Positions 10,238-19,501 of a DNA stretch of 64,000 bases are shown here, in pieces (positions within the stretch are counted from its first letter, which is position 1; every line of letters starts with the position of its first letter). The notes beneath the pieces are model-generated. The model was not told where the DNA came from. It saw only the letters and a list, made by a program, of their open reading frames with translations, and ran no database searches. The DNA is from a virus, in the IMG/VR virus record IMGVR_UViG_3300045988_165212. One strand, written 5' to 3'. The position numbers and the translations under genes were made by a program.

Positions 10238-10480
10238 ATGGCAAAAGTTATACACGTCCATCTTATTGTGGGCAAACATAATGGCTTGAAAGACTTCTAC
10301 TTTTCAAGCATATCGGCGGTTTACACCGTGCTGACCTCTGAGGAGGTTGGTTGTACCAAGAGTTACTTGCTTCATGCTGGTCTGTCTGGCAATGGGTCAA
10401 TAATCACGAAACGAGCTATTATAAAGCAATCTACGCTCATTTCTGGCACTCGCCAAGGGTCTATGAAGGATGATGGTTAA
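10238..10480 (+). CDS. hypothetical small protein (80 aa)
   Basis: ORF with a -7 motif upstream and a hairpin plus T-run downstream (about 10531..10556). Unclear whether host or phage. Confidence 0.45.
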   Translation: MAKVIHVHLIVGKHNGLKDFYFSSISAVYTVLTSEEVGCTKSYLLHAGLSGNGSIITKRAIIKQSTLISGTRQGSMKDDG

Positions 10481-10579
10481 AATGCCGTTAGAACGGCTTA
10501 TTTACGGTGTTCAAACCGAATGTTAACGAGGGGGCTTCACGGCTCCCTTTTTTCATGCTCAAAAGTGGTGATTTTTGGG

Positions 10580-10637
10580 TAAGGGTTACACTAAGGGTTA
10601 CAGTTAAGGGTTACACTTTCGAGAATTAAGGGTTACA
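10580..10637 (+). promoter_or_regulatory. four direct copies of TAAGGGTTACA (candidate transposase or repressor binding sites at the phage left end)
   Basis: Exact 11-mers at 10580, 10592, 10605 and 10627. Looser G(G/T)TTACA copies at 10012, 10085 and 10739. Confidence 0.55.
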
Positions 10638-10791
10638 AAAGTGGGGTCGTTGGCATACAAAAAGCTGAACGAAGAAACTAACCACTTTTTGCGGTTAATT
10701 GTGAGGAAACTACCCCTTTCGGAGCAACGATTTTTGAAGTTTACACCTTATTATATATAATATATAGGGCTTTTTGGGCGATAAAGAGGGG

Positions 10792-10827
10792 GTGACACCC
10801 CACTTGGAGTGCCAAAGGGGGTGTCAC
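10792..10827 (-). terminator. hairpin just downstream of the repressor gene
   Basis: GTGACACCCC (10792-10801) pairs perfectly with GGGGTGTCAC (10818-10827) around a 16-nt loop. The following T-run is weak. Confidence 0.35.
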
Positions 10828-10834
10828 TATGGGG

Positions 10835-11545
10835 TTAAAAGAACTTGCTTATGCTACCAATGACCTCAAAGATATTCAATATCCTTGATTTCGGGTATTC
10901 TTGTTCATCGTATTCTTGCAAGTTGATTGGGATGAAACGGAACTTGTCAGGATCATCAGACTTGCGCAATATCTTGATGGTTCGTATCGTGTCAAGCACA
11001 ACAGCGTATATTTCGCCATACTGAACATCATCCAGCGTACATTGGCGAAGAGCAATGATGTCGCCATGATTGATTTTTGGCTCCATTGAATGGCCAGTGA
11101 CATTGCACCATAAATCAGCTTTCTCAAAACCACGGATGACAATGTTGGTTGCAGGAACACTAACCTGAGAGTTTAGTATCTCTGTGAAGCCACCAATGAA
11201 ATCTACATCATAGTATGGCTTACCAACATCTGGATCATCAGCGAGCTTTGGAGTGTTGAGTGTTAAACTTTCTTTATTGTGCGAAATGTTTTGCTCATTT
11301 TCTTTGCAGATAGATTCAAAATGCTTATCTGAACACCTATTTCTAAACATTTCGCCCTCTCCAGTGAGAAGCCAATCGCCTGAGATATATTCGCATTTTG
11401 AATATATCAACTCCGTATCAAAAGAACCTCTAAGCAACCAAGTATTGATTGTTTGAGGCTTAACGCCTATCTTTTCGGCAAATTTCGCCTTTATTCCACC
11501 AGAATAGTAGTCTATCAAAGCGTTTAATATCTCTATCTTATTCAT
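10835..11545 (-). CDS. phage repressor, N-terminal HTH plus C-terminal S24 (LexA/CI-like) peptidase domain
   Basis: 236 aa. HTH-like KFAEKIGVKPQTINTWL. S24 signature VTGHSMEPKINHGDIIAL and downstream TIKILRK. Divergent from the early operon. Confidence 0.8.
   Translation of the reverse strand: MNKIEILNALIDYYSGGIKAKFAEKIGVKPQTINTWLLRGSFDTELIYSKCEYISGDWLLTGEGEMFRNRCSDKHFESICKENEQNISHNKESLTLNTPKLADDPDVGKPYYDVDFIGGFTEILNSQVSVPATNIVIRGFEKADLWCNVTGHSMEPKINHGDIIALRQCTLDDVQYGEIYAVVLDTIRTIKILRKSDDPDKFRFIPINLQEYDEQEYPKSRILNIFEVIGSISKFF
11303..11330. promoter_or_regulatory. operator-like 28-mer, copy inside the repressor coding sequence
   Basis: TTTGCAGATAGATTCAAAATGCTTATCT matches 11593..11620 with one mismatch, exactly 290 bp away. 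Confidence 0.4.
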
Positions 11546-11592
11546 ATTGCGTATAAATTATATTCATTACGCGAAAATAATCGCTTTAAAAT

Positions 11593-11620
11593 TTTGCAGA
11601 TATATTCAAAATGCTTATCT
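11593..11620. promoter_or_regulatory. operator-like 28-mer, copy in the repressor/early intergenic region
   Basis: TTTGCAGATATATTCAAAATGCTTATCT. Overlaps a -7 motif TATCTTTG at 11616..11623. Confidence 0.4.
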
Positions 11621-11623
11621 TTG
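11616..11623 (+). promoter_or_regulatory. Bacteroidetes -7 motif (TATCTTTG), candidate early promoter
   Basis: Exact TAnnTTTG match about 105 nt upstream of the first early ORF. Confidence 0.3.
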
Positions 11624-11728
11624 CACCGTGTTACTAAAGGAACACAGCGCCAAAGATACAAAAAAGGCGTGAGAAAGACGAATTTTGCATCTTAAAAAGA
11701 TAAAACAAGATTTGTATAACGATTAAAA

Positions 11729-12178
11729 ATGGAAGCAATGAAAAAGTACATTGACGTAACAAGAGAAGTTCGCCAGGACATCATGGCAGCGTTCAACGTT
11801 ACAGGGAAAATGGTTTATTATGCCCTGAACTTTGATGCGAAGCGTGGCGAAAGTGACAAGGCAAAGCGCATCCGTGTATATGCCAAGCAGAAAGGTGGCA
11901 TTGTGATGATAGTTGCCCCAGAGGTTGAGACCATCCATGATGCAGATGGCTATATGCGCCAATACTTCCCCAATGGTGCAATGATTGAGTGCAACAAAGC
12001 CAATGGCAATGTGGATGTGTTCTACAAGGGCAAGATGATGAAGCAATACCAGGATGTGAAAATCAAGCAACTGGAAGAAATCCAAAGCATCTTTGCTGCA
12101 TGGACACAGAGGGATGCCGACATCTTGACTACCCCAGAGCTTTACAAAAAGTACGCAAGACCTGTTTGTGCCGAATAA
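11729..12178 (+). CDS. hypothetical early protein
   Basis: 149-aa ORF, first in the rightward early operon (the Ner-like position). No motif recognised. Confidence 0.55.
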   Translation: MEAMKKYIDVTREVRQDIMAAFNVTGKMVYYALNFDAKRGESDKAKRIRVYAKQKGGIVMIVAPEVETIHDADGYMRQYFPNGAMIECNKANGNVDVFYKGKMMKQYQDVKIKQLEEIQSIFAAWTQRDADILTTPELYKKYARPVCAE

Positions 12179-12193
12179 TCAAGGAGGTGAGAA

Positions 12194-14191
12194 ATGGAGT
12201 ATTACGGTAACACACTTTGCATTTCAGCACGTGAGCTTGTTGACGGTGGCATAATGACTGCCTCGAACTACAAGCAGCTATCTGCCAGGAAGCGCATCAA
12301 TGTGGTGCGTAGCGGTAAGGGGCAAGGACGTTATGCTCTGGTTGCCGTTGATAGCATTCCTACCATCTACCGCAAAATGGTGGATGAACTTTATCCTGGT
12401 GGTGACACTGTGAGACTGGAGGGTTGGATAACGTCCAACTATGAGACCGACCAAGCAGCCGTTGCTTTCTTCAACGACCGTGCCAAGACTGGGCTTGACC
12501 TCACACAAGAGAAAGTGAAGGAATATGTGGTGAATGCCTCTGTTCTGAACACTTGCATCAAGCTCTACAACCGTGCAAGCGCATCAAAGAAGCTGATGGG
12601 AGAAAAATACGACTGGGAAAAGATGGCAACCACCATCAAAACACTCAAAGAGAAATTTGGCCATACGCTACCTGCTTCAACCATGCGATTCAGAAAGAAA
12701 GTAGCCGAATACAAGAAGTTTGGCTATGCCTGTCTGATAAGTGGCAAGTTCGGAAACCAAAGCGCACGCAAGGTTGATTACAAGACGGAACGCTTGATTT
12801 TGGGCTTGGCAGTACTTCCTAACAAGCCATTCAACACAAGTGTCTTGGAACTATACAATTCGTTTGTTTGTGGTGAAATAGAGGTCTATGATCCTGAAAC
12901 TGGAGAACTATTCAACCCCGATGATTTCACAGACAAGAGCGGTGAACCAAAGGTTTTGAGTGAATCGACAATCACCAACTACTTGAACCGACCGAAAAAC
13001 AAGGTGCTAATTGAACATGAACTTATGAGTTACACCACCTTCATGCACGAACAGATGCCGCACATGCACCGCCATGCAGGTGAGTTCTCTTTGAGCCAAA
13101 TCACAATGGATGACGTGGACTTGACACGAAAGTTGAAAGACACCAAGCAGAGGGTTCACGCTTACTATGCTTATGATGTGGTCAGCCAATGTGTGATTGG
13201 CGCATCTTACGCAAGGAAAAAGGATGAAATCCTGGTGCTTGACTGCTTTAGGGATATGTTCCGACTGATAGAACGCAATGGTTGGGGTATGCCAGCAGGT
13301 ATTGAGGTTGAGAATCACTTGATGTCGCAATACAAGGACGGATTTCTGCAAGCAGGTGTCGCATTCCCATTCGTTCATTTCTGTGCGCCTCAGAACTCGC
13401 AAGAGAAATATGCAGAGAACTTGAACGGTGCGAAGAAACGCAGCATCATCCACAAGAACCATGAAGGCATTGGCCGTTTCTATGGAAAAGGCAAGTGGCG
13501 CACGGAAAGCAAGAAAATCAGTGACGAAACCAACGAGCTTTATGAGGATAAGGAATATTTCAGCTATGATCAACTGATAGCTGATGACCGCCAAGACAAC
13601 TATGAGTGGAATCACAGCTTGCACCCGAATCAAAAGAAGTACCCTGGTATGAGCAGATGGGACGTTCTTGTTGCCAACATCAATCCAACCCTTCAACCGC
13701 TTGACAAACTTACGCTTGCAAGATACATTGGTGAGAGAGTGGAAACAAGCATCAGAAGAAACTCCACCGTAAGAGTGGCATACGAAGATTGGTGGTTGAG
13801 CAAGACCGAAAAGCTGGAACGTCTGGAGCCAAACAACAATAAGGTGACGGCATACTACATTCCAGATGCAGACGGCAAGCCACAAGAGGTGTTCATCTTT
13901 CAAGGTGACAGATTCATTGACCAAGTGGAACGAGTGGAAACCTACAACCGTGTGATGGCAGAACAGACTGATGAAGACTTGGAGAAATACCAAGCACAAC
14001 AGAAGAAAGTTGCCTCGTTTACAAAATACGTCAAGGACAATGCCATTGGCAAGGTTGGAGTGATGAAGGTGGAAAAGAAACAGGAAGACATTGATGAATG
14101 TCTGGTGCTTCCACCGCCAAAGATAGAGGAACCCGATGAAGACCATCAAGAGGAAATGTCCATCGAGGAACGAGCTTTGGCCGACATTTAG
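12194..14191 (+). CDS. putative Mu A-like transposase
   Basis: 665 aa, between the repressor and a MuB-like ATPase. Integrase-core-like stretch ITMDDVDL...YAYDVVSQCVIGASY...GIEVENH. The catalytic-triad assignment is tentative. Confidence 0.65.
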   Translation: MEYYGNTLCISARELVDGGIMTASNYKQLSARKRINVVRSGKGQGRYALVAVDSIPTIYRKMVDELYPGGDTVRLEGWITSNYETDQAAVAFFNDRAKTGLDLTQEKVKEYVVNASVLNTCIKLYNRASASKKLMGEKYDWEKMATTIKTLKEKFGHTLPASTMRFRKKVAEYKKFGYACLISGKFGNQSARKVDYKTERLILGLAVLPNKPFNTSVLELYNSFVCGEIEVYDPETGELFNPDDFTDKSGEPKVLSESTITNYLNRPKNKVLIEHELMSYTTFMHEQMPHMHRHAGEFSLSQITMDDVDLTRKLKDTKQRVHAYYAYDVVSQCVIGASYARKKDEILVLDCFRDMFRLIERNGWGMPAGIEVENHLMSQYKDGFLQAGVAFPFVHFCAPQNSQEKYAENLNGAKKRSIIHKNHEGIGRFYGKGKWRTESKKISDETNELYEDKEYFSYDQLIADDRQDNYEWNHSLHPNQKKYPGMSRWDVLVANINPTLQPLDKLTLARYIGERVETSIRRNSTVRVAYEDWWLSKTEKLERLEPNNNKVTAYYIPDADGKPQEVFIFQGDRFIDQVERVETYNRVMAEQTDEDLEKYQAQQKKVASFTKYVKDNAIGKVGVMKVEKKQEDIDECLVLPPPKIEEPDEDHQEEMSIEERALADI

Positions 14192-14235
14192 ACATCATCC
14201 AAACATCATTATAATAACGATTAAAGATTACAGCT

Positions 14236-15111
14236 ATGATAATAACAGAAGCTACAAAGAAAAAGATATTGGCAGCGATAGCAGCCAACAGGTCAAACTA
14301 TCCAAGTGACGCAAAGCACGCAACCGCCATTGGTATCTCTACATCCATCTACAGCATGTTGAAGAATGGCCAGACAGAGAAGGCTCTGAGTGATGCAAAC
14401 TGGCTGAGCATTGCAAGAAAGTTGAATGTAGCCTTGCGTGATGAAATGGAATGGAAGGCAGCAGCAACGGAAACCTTCAAGTATATCACCAAGCAGATAG
14501 AGTTTTGCCAAGGCTCTGGACAAAGCAGCATCCTTTGTGATATACCCAACATAGGTAAAACGTTCACGGCACGCTATTATGTGCAAGGACACAAGAACGC
14601 TGTTTATATCGACTGTTCACAGGTGAAAACCAAATTGAAGTTAGTTCGCAAAATAGCATCTGAGTTTGGCGTGGATAGCAAAGGACATTATGCTGATGTG
14701 TATGAAGACTTGGTTTATTACCTTCGTTCCATCGAACACCCTCTTATCATCCTTGATGAAGCTGGTGATTTGCAGTATGAGGCATTCTTGGAACTCAAAG
14801 CCCTTTGGAATGCAACGGAACGCTGTTGTGCTTGGTACATGATGGGAGCGGACGGATTGAAGGAAAAAATCAACCGTTCCATTGAGTGCAAGAAAGTTGG
14901 TTATACAGAAATGCTGAGCCGTTACGGTGGCAGGTATTCCAAGGTTACACCAGACGATGGCAAAGAACGTGATAAGTTCTTGCGACATCAAGCGGAAGTC
15001 GTTGCAAAGGTGAACGCTCCTGAGGGTGCTGACATCGCAACCATCGTAAGAAAAACAAACGGCGGTTTGCGCCGTGTCTATACTGAGATTGAGAAACTGA
15101 AACTTGCATGA
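14236..15111 (+). CDS. AAA+ ATPase, MuB/TniB-like transposition helper
   Basis: 291 aa with degenerate Walker A (IPNIGKTF) and Walker B (LIILDEAGD). Lies immediately after the transposase candidate. Confidence 0.7.
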   Translation: MIITEATKKKILAAIAANRSNYPSDAKHATAIGISTSIYSMLKNGQTEKALSDANWLSIARKLNVALRDEMEWKAAATETFKYITKQIEFCQGSGQSSILCDIPNIGKTFTARYYVQGHKNAVYIDCSQVKTKLKLVRKIASEFGVDSKGHYADVYEDLVYYLRSIEHPLIILDEAGDLQYEAFLELKALWNATERCCAWYMMGADGLKEKINRSIECKKVGYTEMLSRYGGRYSKVTPDDGKERDKFLRHQAEVVAKVNAPEGADIATIVRKTNGGLRRVYTEIEKLKLA

Positions 15112-15359
15112 TTATGGGAAATAAGATAACGGTAACGTTCAATGATGGAAGCCGTAAGGTATTGAAATCACCAGACACATTGCAAAGCATTGATGAAAAA
15201 CGTGAAGCTCGTTTTGTCATGGACAATTTAAAAGTATGCAGAGGATGGTGTGATGGTGAGGTTGATGAAGATGGTAACTTTAGTGTATTTAGAACCATTC
15301 ATGGTGTATCACTTCCGTTTGAACATTTGATGGGTTGGTGTTATATAAAAGGTAGATAA
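15108..15359 (+). CDS. hypothetical protein
   Basis: 83-aa ORF with start overlapping the upstream stop. Confidence 0.45.
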   Translation: MIMGNKITVTFNDGSRKVLKSPDTLQSIDEKREARFVMDNLKVCRGWCDGEVDEDGNFSVFRTIHGVSLPFEHLMGWCYIKGR

Positions 15360-15361
15360 TT

Positions 15362-15985
15362 ATGGCAAAGCGAGCATATAGCCCCAGGGATATAGCTGCA
15401 AAGACATATATCACCATTCCCTGGGGTGAGAAGTGGAGCAAGGTATTTGGATTCCCTTCCATAACAGAAACATGGTTTGTGTCGGGGTCGAGCGCAAGTG
15501 GAAAGAGCAGCTTTGTGATGCAGCTTGCCAAAGAACTTTGCTCGTATGGTGGCGTTCTTTACCTGAGTTATGAGGAAGGTGTGAGCAAGAGCTTTCAAGA
15601 CCGCATCAACCGCTACAAGATGAATGAGGTGCAAGGCAAGTTTCGTGTGGCAACAGACGACACCCTTGACGATCTGAGGGCAAGGCTTAAAAAACGCAAG
15701 AGTGCCAAGTTTGTCATCATTGACAGCTTCCAATATTCAAATTGGAGCTATGAGCAAGCCAAGACGCTTGCAGATGACTTCCCTCGAAAGTGCTTCATAT
15801 TCATCAGCCAGGAATACAAGGGGCAACCGCTTGGCAAACCAGCAGCCCGATTGAAGTACATGGCAGGTATGAAGGTGAGAGTGCAAGGATATAAGGCATA
15901 TTGCCAAGGTCGTGCTATTGGTGAGGCAGGTGAGGCATTCACCGTATGGGAGGATGGAGTAATACAAACAAGCAACGAAACATAA
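15362..15985 (+). CDS. P-loop ATPase (RecA/DnaB-C-like)
   Basis: 207 aa with Walker A (GSSASGKSS) and Walker B (KFVIIDSF). Confidence 0.6.
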   Translation: MAKRAYSPRDIAAKTYITIPWGEKWSKVFGFPSITETWFVSGSSASGKSSFVMQLAKELCSYGGVLYLSYEEGVSKSFQDRINRYKMNEVQGKFRVATDDTLDDLRARLKKRKSAKFVIIDSFQYSNWSYEQAKTLADDFPRKCFIFISQEYKGQPLGKPAARLKYMAGMKVRVQGYKAYCQGRAIGEAGEAFTVWEDGVIQTSNET

Positions 15986-15990
15986 GGCGT

Positions 15991-16215
15991 ATGGACAAAT
16001 ACAAGGACGGTGATACCATTTTCGTCTTGATGACGGCAGAGCAATGCAAGTCGGTTATGAGAGAATGGCTTGAACGTGATTACGAGTGCGACTTGAATGT
16101 AATGCGCTCACAGAAGAATAAAGGCAAGTTTGTACTGAAAACAAAAAGTCTGATGTGGGCAAACAGAATCATCCAGTGGCATGGATATGAAAAAGTAACT
16201 TATCAAATAATATAG
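15991..16215 (+). CDS. hypothetical protein
   Basis: ORF track gives 15946..16215. The ATG at 15991 directly follows the upstream stop. Confidence 0.4.
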   Translation: MDKYKDGDTIFVLMTAEQCKSVMREWLERDYECDLNVMRSQKNKGKFVLKTKSLMWANRIIQWHGYEKVTYQII

Positions 16216-16218
16216 CTT

Positions 16219-16395
16219 ATGGAAGAAGTGATTGAAAGCCTGGTGGCAATCATCAAGGACAAGACAAAGGATTTTACCTACTTGGATCAAGAACAGATGT
16301 TCAGAGACTTGTCTGGCAGATTAAACGATATGTCGCTTGATGCCATGAAATGTGAGTATCTTGGTGAGAGAAAGGAGGTGGCAGACAATGAGTAA
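16219..16395 (+). CDS. hypothetical protein (58 aa, below the ORF-track cutoff)
   Basis: ATG at 16219 and TAA at 16393, read from the sequence (MEEVIESLVAIIKDK...). Fills an otherwise empty gap in a tightly packed operon. Confidence 0.35.
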   Translation: MEEVIESLVAIIKDKTKDFTYLDQEQMFRDLSGRLNDMSLDAMKCEYLGERKEVADNE

Positions 16396-16627
16396 AGAAC
16401 GAAGGGTGTTAGAACTGGTTTCACCATCATGCCAAGTCACCCATGAGAAAATAGTGAGTCAAGGGCATGAATGTGGATATTGCCACGGCAATGGTTACTT
16501 CTGGGGACGTGACGCCAATTGGGAAAGCGTGAAAGTTCCTTGCCCTATATGCCAAGGCAAGAAAGAAATGAAAGCCATCATTGAAATAACATGGCTACCA
16601 AACAATGAAAAGACAACTAAAAAATAA
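16388..16627 (+). CDS. small DnaJ-type zinc-finger protein
   Basis: Likely start at ATG 16388, preceded by AGGAGG. Motifs CGYCHGNG and CPICQGKK (CxxCxGxG-type). Confidence 0.5.
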   Translation: MSKERRVLELVSPSCQVTHEKIVSQGHECGYCHGNGYFWGRDANWESVKVPCPICQGKKEMKAIIEITWLPNNEKTTKK

Positions 16628-16633
16628 ACGAAT

Positions 16634-16903
16634 ATGAGTAAAATCAGTAATTGGTTCCATGCTATGCGTGAGAACTGCAAGAAAAAGGCTGAACAGAAAC
16701 GTGCAGCGCAAGTGAGAGAAGAAGCCAGGTCAAGACTACAGGCAAGAGAGTTCAATGGCAAGATATTCCTATGCTTCGACAATGTGCCAATACTGGAGAC
16801 GGAAGACTTGACCCTTGGCATGGCTGCAAGCGTGAAAGAGGCACGCCAGTATTTTATGACTTACAGAGGTGTCGGCCATGAAGCAGCAAGTAACGAACTT
16901 TAG
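16634..16903 (+). CDS. hypothetical protein
   Basis: 89-aa ORF in the operon. Confidence 0.45.
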   Translation: MSKISNWFHAMRENCKKKAEQKRAAQVREEARSRLQAREFNGKIFLCFDNVPILETEDLTLGMAASVKEARQYFMTYRGVGHEAASNEL

Positions 16904-17345
16904 CCGTTTCTTTGCCTCATTCAACGAACTGCCTTGCTATTGTGGCAGTCGTGAAGAGTTCAAGAAGGAAATTGTCAGTCAATACACTTTCGGACGCACA
17001 GAGAGCTTGAAGGAAATGACTTGGCAAGAGTACAATGATTGTTGTGACGGTCTGGAGAAACTGAGCGGTCGAAAAGATAGATTGAAACGCAATCGCAGCA
17101 TCTGCCTAAAGCTGATACAAGAGATTGGCGTGGACACAACCGACTGGCAGCGCATCAATGAGTTCTGCAAGCATCCTCGAATTTGCGGAAAGGAGTTTGC
17201 CAGAATCCGACTTGACGAAATGGAAGATTTCCAAAGAAAACTCAGAGCAATCAAGAAGAAAGGCGGTTTGAAAGAGAAAGAAGACGTGAACAATCCTGGC
17301 AGGATGGTGATGTATATCCCTTTGGATGGAATCCCTCATGCCTAA
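16878..17345 (+). CDS. hypothetical protein, possibly GemA/gp16-like
   Basis: ATG at 16878. The resemblance to the Mu gp16 (DUF1018) layout is recalled from memory only. Confidence 0.4.
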   Translation: MKQQVTNFSRFFASFNELPCYCGSREEFKKEIVSQYTFGRTESLKEMTWQEYNDCCDGLEKLSGRKDRLKRNRSICLKLIQEIGVDTTDWQRINEFCKHPRICGKEFARIRLDEMEDFQRKLRAIKKKGGLKEKEDVNNPGRMVMYIPLDGIPHA

Positions 17346-17374
17346 AAATACAACCCATTTTAAACGACAAGACA

Positions 17375-18109
17375 ATGGAAGAGAACAAGAAACAGACAGT
17401 AGAAATGACAGCGGAAGAGGCAGAAGCCTTCAAGCAGTTCCAAGAGAAGCAAGCCAAGGAAAAGGCTGCTAAGAAGCGCAAGGAAGACCGTGAGGCTTAC
17501 GCCCAGTTGGTGGACAACGAGATTGAGAGTGCCATCCCCGAACTTCGCAGCCTGTCAGAACAGATGCTTGCAGTGAAGAGCAAGGTTTATGAGAACTTTG
17601 CGGAAGTCATCAACATCAAGGCAAACGTGTTGAAGCTGACCAAGGACACCCAGCGCACACACACCTTCACCCATTCAAACGGAAAGATGCGCCTCACGCT
17701 TGGTTACAACTGCATTGATGACTACCGTGACACAGTGAATGACGGCATTGCCATCGTCAAGCAGTACATCGAGAGCCTTGCAACCGACACCAAAAGCAAG
17801 GAACTTGTGGCAACCATCCTACAGCTATTGAGCCGTGACGGAACAGGCAACTTGAAGGCAAGCCGTGTGTTGCAGCTTCGCAAACTGGCAGACAAGAGCG
17901 ACAACGACCAATTCAAGGAAGGTGTGCAAATCATCGAAGAGGCTTATCAGCCATCGCTCACCAAACAGTTCATCAGAGCTGAGTGGAAGGACGAACACAA
18001 CAAGTGGCACATCATCCCATTGAGTGTGACAGATGTAGAACAAACAGAAACTAAACAAGAAGCCAATGAAGACAACGACAACCAAGGCACCCAAGGTGGC
18101 ACTGTGTAG
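17375..18109 (+). CDS. hypothetical protein, possibly DUF3164-like (Mu-family)
   Basis: 244 aa. The pattern ..RLTLGYNCIDDYRD..LQLLSRDGTGNLKASRVLQLRKL.. resembles the DUF3164 layout as I remember it. Confidence 0.45.
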   Translation: MEENKKQTVEMTAEEAEAFKQFQEKQAKEKAAKKRKEDREAYAQLVDNEIESAIPELRSLSEQMLAVKSKVYENFAEVINIKANVLKLTKDTQRTHTFTHSNGKMRLTLGYNCIDDYRDTVNDGIAIVKQYIESLATDTKSKELVATILQLLSRDGTGNLKASRVLQLRKLADKSDNDQFKEGVQIIEEAYQPSLTKQFIRAEWKDEHNKWHIIPLSVTDVEQTETKQEANEDNDNQGTQGGTV

Positions 18110-18248
18110 AATGTGCCACGGCACTGGGAGAAAGGGCGAGGAAATTTGCCCACAATGTGAAGGAAGTGGACGTGTGACAGTGAGCTGTGAAATGACACTT
18201 GACATCCGTCCATATCATCCAAAGGTTAAACATACAACAAACAATTAG
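18066..18248 (+). CDS. small DnaJ-type zinc-finger protein
   Basis: CRMCHGTG x6 CPQCEGSG. Overlaps the upstream ORF by 44 nt. An alternative ATG at 18111 would remove the first Cys. Confidence 0.45.
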   Translation: MKTTTTKAPKVALCRMCHGTGRKGEEICPQCEGSGRVTVSCEMTLDIRPYHPKVKHTTNN

Positions 18249-18252
18249 CCCC

Positions 18253-18504
18253 ATGGGAAAGCGACGCGGACTAAGTTATCAGAAACGTGTTGCTGACATC
18301 AACAGGATATATGACCGGCATATCAAGGACGGTGTTCCAAACCGTGAGATATGGCGCAGGTTCATATATCCTGAGTATGCTATCAGTGAGCGTCAATTTT
18401 ACAATATATTGAAAGCGTCTGCTGAATCAAAGAATGAGATTCCAGCAGACGCTCAACCGTATCTTGATTTTTGGAATGATGAGCAAGGAAAAGACTATTA
18501 TTAA
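18253..18504 (+). CDS. hypothetical protein (possible regulator)
   Basis: ATG at 18253 (MGKRRGLSYQKR...). Basic N-terminus. No firm motif. Confidence 0.45.
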   Translation: MGKRRGLSYQKRVADINRIYDRHIKDGVPNREIWRRFIYPEYAISERQFYNILKASAESKNEIPADAQPYLDFWNDEQGKDYY

Positions 18505-19051
18505 GAGGATTCTGAATGACATCCGCGTTGACCTAAGTGACGAGTTTGACCAGAACTTTGAGCGAGAGGCATTTTTCAGCGAGGCATGGGAACGGCACAG
18601 AAGCCCCCTTCGACCAGGTGGGCATATTCTTGTTGATACAGGCACGCTGAGGAGAAGCGTCAGAAGCGAGATGAAGGAAACGAGCATCCGCTTCTTCACT
18701 GATTTGCCATACGCCGACATTCACAATGAAGGCGGTGAGATAGTGGTGACAAAACGAATGAAAGGCTATTTCTGGCACAAGTACATGGATGCCGCAGGTG
18801 CATTGACCTTTGCAAGGCGCAAGGACGGCACGCAGCGCAAGGACAAAAAGACACGGCACATCAGTGACGTGGCAGAGTTCTGGAAGTTCATGGCCTTGAA
18901 GAAGGAAGGCACGACAATCAAGATACCAAAGAGGCAGTTTCTGGGTTTGTCACCAGAGGTGGAAAAGGCAGTTACGGACATCATCGAGGATAATTTGCAA
19001 GAATACCTCGGAAAGGAAATGGAACATTTTGAAAAACGATTGAAGAAATGA
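18476..19051 (+). CDS. phage virion morphogenesis (Mu G-like) protein
   Basis: LVDTGTLRRSVRSE...FFTDLPYADIHNEGG matches the morphogenesis-family pattern (dtG.Lr.S...pYa..H..Gg). Confidence 0.6.
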   Translation: MMSKEKTIIKRILNDIRVDLSDEFDQNFEREAFFSEAWERHRSPLRPGGHILVDTGTLRRSVRSEMKETSIRFFTDLPYADIHNEGGEIVVTKRMKGYFWHKYMDAAGALTFARRKDGTQRKDKKTRHISDVAEFWKFMALKKEGTTIKIPKRQFLGLSPEVEKAVTDIIEDNLQEYLGKEMEHFEKRLKK

Positions 19052-19491
19052 GAAAAGAGATTTACAAGATGCTTTGTGAGCGTCTGGGCAATATACCAGA
19101 AATCAAGTATATTGACCTTTGGAACCACAATGTGGAGTTCATTGAACAAGAAGACAACTGGGAACGTCCAGCGGTGTTTGTGGAGCTTTGCCCAATCAAC
19201 TGGGAGGCTACGGTGGCAGGTATGCGCTATGTGACAGAAGCGAAAGTGAACTTGCACGTGGTGACAGACTGGTTGGGCAGCAGTGCAGCCAACAGCGACC
19301 AAAGAGAAGAGAGTTTGACCGTGTTTGACCTCTTGGAAAAGATTCACACAGCCCTGGCAGATGTGGACGGTGAACATTTCAAGGAGTTCGACATCAGCAA
19401 TTCGACAACCAACCACAACCATGAGGATATTTTGGAAAACATTGAAACTTATAGTTATGTGGGTTACAGAGAACTTGGCCAGTCCAAGTAA
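19048..19491 (+). CDS. hypothetical structural or neck protein
   Basis: 147-aa ORF translationally coupled to the morphogenesis gene. Confidence 0.45.
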   Translation: MRKEIYKMLCERLGNIPEIKYIDLWNHNVEFIEQEDNWERPAVFVELCPINWEATVAGMRYVTEAKVNLHVVTDWLGSSAANSDQREESLTVFDLLEKIHTALADVDGEHFKEFDISNSTTNHNHEDILENIETYSYVGYRELGQSK

Positions 19492-19501
19492 ATATAATTA
19501 A

